64,000 nt of DNA from an uncultured archaeon. GTDB taxonomy: Archaea; Asgardarchaeota; Lokiarchaeia; Sigyniarchaeales; SOKP01. The stretch spans positions 1 to 64,000 of the forward strand of contig CAZOYD010000013.1 in NCBI GenBank assembly GCA_964583985.1, in the 5' to 3' direction. The translations under genes were made by a program, and so were the position numbers. Positions 61,786 through 64,000 of the stretch are shown here, piece after piece (the first letter of the stretch is position 1; each line of letters opens with the position of its first letter). Below the pieces are notes generated by a model, which saw only the letters and a list, made by a program, of their open reading frames with translations, had not been told where the DNA came from and ran no database searches.

Positions 61786-62802
61786 TTACTCTCTAAATTC
61801 TTTTCCAGTTAATTTTATGAAAACATCTTCCAAATTTGGTCTTTTTAATGTGAACTCCTCTATTGGAATATTATTAGTTTTAGCATATGCAATAAATTTT
61901 CCAAAAATTTCCTCAGTTTGAATAGTATTAAAAATAATTTGAAGAAGAACGTGTTTTTCACTCACATCTTTCTCTGAAATAATTTTTCCTTTCAATTCCT
62001 TTTGAAGAAAAGTTGTGAGAAAATCAGAGTTTAACAATGCACGTTCAGTTTTAAATTCTATAATCAAATTGGGAAATATTTTCTCTTGAATTTCTAATAA
62101 TCTTCCTGGACCCTCTATAATTTTGGTATCTAAAATTATTAAGCGATCAGCTAATCGTTCTGCTTCTTCCATGTAATTTGTGGTGAGTACAACAGTTTTC
62201 CCTTTGAGAGGCAAATCTTTAATATATTTATGTATTGCATTTCGAGACTGAACATCAACACCTAATGTCGGTTCATCCAGAATCACAATTTCTGGTTCAT
62301 GCAACAATGCACGGATTAATTGTAAGCGTCTTTTCATGCCTCCAGAATAAGTATTCACTAAATCATGTTGACGATCAATAAGCCCTGCCATGGTCAGGAG
62401 TTCATCTATTTTTTGAGTCATAAATTGTTTGGAAAGATTATATAGCCGACCATGAAATTCCAAGTTTTCTCTACCAGTTAATTCGTTATATAGTGCTATT
62501 TCTTGAGGTACTAATCCAAACATTCCATGTATCTTTTTCCTATCTTTTAAGGTATTGAAATCATGTACTTTCATTTCCCCTTTAGTAGGTTTAATCTGAC
62601 CAGTTAATATTTTTACGATGGTCGATTTACCGGCACCATTTGGACCTATTATGCAAAAAATCTCTCCTTTTCGAATATTAAATGATAGATTCTCTAGTGC
62701 AACTGTATTTGGATATTCCTTTGTTATATTATTTATGGTGATTAATGCTTGTTGATTATTTTGTTGATTTAAGACTGATTCAGTCATTTTTTTTAAAACC
62801 AA
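61786..62802 (-). CDS. ABC-2 exporter ATP-binding subunit (DrrA/NodI-like)
   Basis: GPNGAGKS, YSGGMKRR, LDEPT, C-terminal LEDVFIKLTG. Start may be the ATG at 62787. Confidence 0.93.
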   Translation of the reverse strand: MVLKKMTESVLNQQNNQQALITINNITKEYPNTVALENLSFNIRKGEIFCIIGPNGAGKSTIVKILTGQIKPTKGEMKVHDFNTLKDRKKIHGMFGLVPQEIALYNELTGRENLEFHGRLYNLSKQFMTQKIDELLTMAGLIDRQHDLVNTYSGGMKRRLQLIRALLHEPEIVILDEPTLGVDVQSRNAIHKYIKDLPLKGKTVVLTTNYMEEAERLADRLIILDTKIIEGPGRLLEIQEKIFPNLIIEFKTERALLNSDFLTTFLQKELKGKIISEKDVSEKHVLLQIIFNTIQTEEIFGKFIAYAKTNNIPIEEFTLKRPNLEDVFIKLTGKEFRE

Positions 62803-62816
62803 AAATTAAAATATTA

Positions 62817-62832
62817 TACTACTTAAGTAGTA
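62817..62832. promoter_or_regulatory. Perfect 16-bp palindrome, putative TrmB-family operator
   Basis: TACTACTTAAGTAGTA in the short gap between the ABC operon and the divergent TrmB gene. Confidence 0.65.
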
Positions 62833-62855
62833 AATAGTATAAAAATATTTTTAAT

Positions 62856-63710
62856 ATGGATGTCGATCGTTTAGATCTTTTAGATCTTCTAAAGGAATTT
62901 AGTTTTACACAATATGAAGCTAAAATTTTAGATACTTTAATTAGATATATTTTGCTAAGTGCCAGAGATATTCATAAATATAGTGGAGTTCCTCAACCAA
63001 AAATCTATGAGAATCTTTTGCTCCTCCAAAATAAAGGTTTAGTGGATGTAATTCATAGGAAGAAAAAAAAATTGTTTATGATTAAGCCAAAAGAAAAGAT
63101 TCAAGAATATCTTCTTAACTTTTCTAAACACATACAAACAATTGGAGATAAAAGTCTCGAGATTATTGATAAAATCTACAGTACTGAAGAAGCAGAGGAA
63201 ATTCCTTTTATGGGCGTAGCTGGTCAAGATGCAATCCAAGAATTTATCTACATGCTCATTGATACAGCAAAAAAATCCTTTATCTCCTTTTTTCCACTCA
63301 ATTTCTTTGATTCAAAGATTCTGGGGTTATTAATGAAAAAAGTTGACGATATCGATATTAAAATAGTATTGTTAGATGATGTTTCTGATGTATTTATCGA
63401 AGAATATAAGCAATTAGGATTATATCGTCTTAATACTCCTGCATTTGACGTAATCAAAGAGATCATTTCTAAAATTGAACATTTTCTTCCAACTGAGCAT
63501 GGCAAAGCATATTCTTTTCAAATAATCAAGGATTTAGCATTAAACATAAAAGAAATATTTGGAATAATACTTATTGATGATAAAAAAAGCTTTTTTAAAA
63601 TCCCACTACCAGTAAAACTTCCAATGGGGATCCTATCATCACTACCAGAGTTAGTCGAATTTCATACAAACGGAATTAATGCTATATTAGCAAGTTCAAC
63701 TAAAATTTGA
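62856..63710 (+). CDS. TrmB family transcriptional regulator
   Basis: FSFTQYEAKI...SARDIHKYSGVPQPKIYENL...KGLV. Confidence 0.9.
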   Translation: MDVDRLDLLDLLKEFSFTQYEAKILDTLIRYILLSARDIHKYSGVPQPKIYENLLLLQNKGLVDVIHRKKKKLFMIKPKEKIQEYLLNFSKHIQTIGDKSLEIIDKIYSTEEAEEIPFMGVAGQDAIQEFIYMLIDTAKKSFISFFPLNFFDSKILGLLMKKVDDIDIKIVLLDDVSDVFIEEYKQLGLYRLNTPAFDVIKEIISKIEHFLPTEHGKAYSFQIIKDLALNIKEIFGIILIDDKKSFFKIPLPVKLPMGILSSLPELVEFHTNGINAILASSTKI

Positions 63711-63762
63711 AATAAATATGTTCTTAGATTTAAAATAAAAAAAGTAATGAAAAAAATTTTAA

Positions 63763-63999
63763 TTATTCTTTTATGGTTAACAAATCTTTAACCTTGGATG
63801 TCATATCTCCGTTCCCTAAGAATTTTTTAATCTTGTCTGAGTATTCAGGCAATAATTGCATGAATGGCAAAATTGCTTTTGAAAGGGCGCTAAATGCCTC
63901 GTCGCCATTGCCCATAATGAACATTTTATCAGGGCTTAGATGCTTAAATATCTCGGGTAGTATGTTGGTTAATTGTACAGCTAAGAATCTTTGGTCAGC
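63763..63999 (-). CDS. C-terminal part of a gene running off the window (possibly SPFH/flotillin-like)
   Basis: Open frame ADQRFLAVQLTNILPEIFKHLSPDKMFIMGNG...TIKE*; family assignment is tentative. Confidence 0.55.
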   Translation of the reverse strand, partial: ADQRFLAVQLTNILPEIFKHLSPDKMFIMGNGDEAFSALSKAILPFMQLLPEYSDKIKKFLGNGDMTSKVKDLLTIKE

Positions 64000-64000
64000 A

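Overview
AT-rich archaeal chromosomal window with no rRNA, tRNA, CRISPR array or mobile element that I can see. It is most consistent with an Asgard archaeon of the Lokiarchaeia, based on a Rab-like small GTPase, TPR-longin fusions, a profilin-like domain, GGTGA-type ribosome-binding sites and a eukaryote-like SECIS. Main result: a selenoprotein operon that the ORF track splits or misses. hdrA (36611-38581, minus strand) and mvhD/vhuD (36124-36597, minus strand) each carry two in-frame UGA codons at conserved Cys positions. They are followed by a compact AUGA...AAA...UGA SECIS hairpin, and an all-Cys paralogous hdrA-mvhD-frhB cluster lies about 8 kb away. The Sec-mvhD has an unexplained 30-nt in-frame hairpin insertion that splits its CxxU motif; it may be a recoding element or a BHB-like mini-intron. 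Other notable items are a profilin-like domain fused to an LCM-family methyltransferase, at least two genes that appear to start at ATT, a shared promoter block upstream of a TPR-longin gene and a Rab-like GTPase, a bacterial-type class I GAPDH and a RapA-like SNF2 ATPase. All family assignments come from motif recognition by eye, not from database searches.
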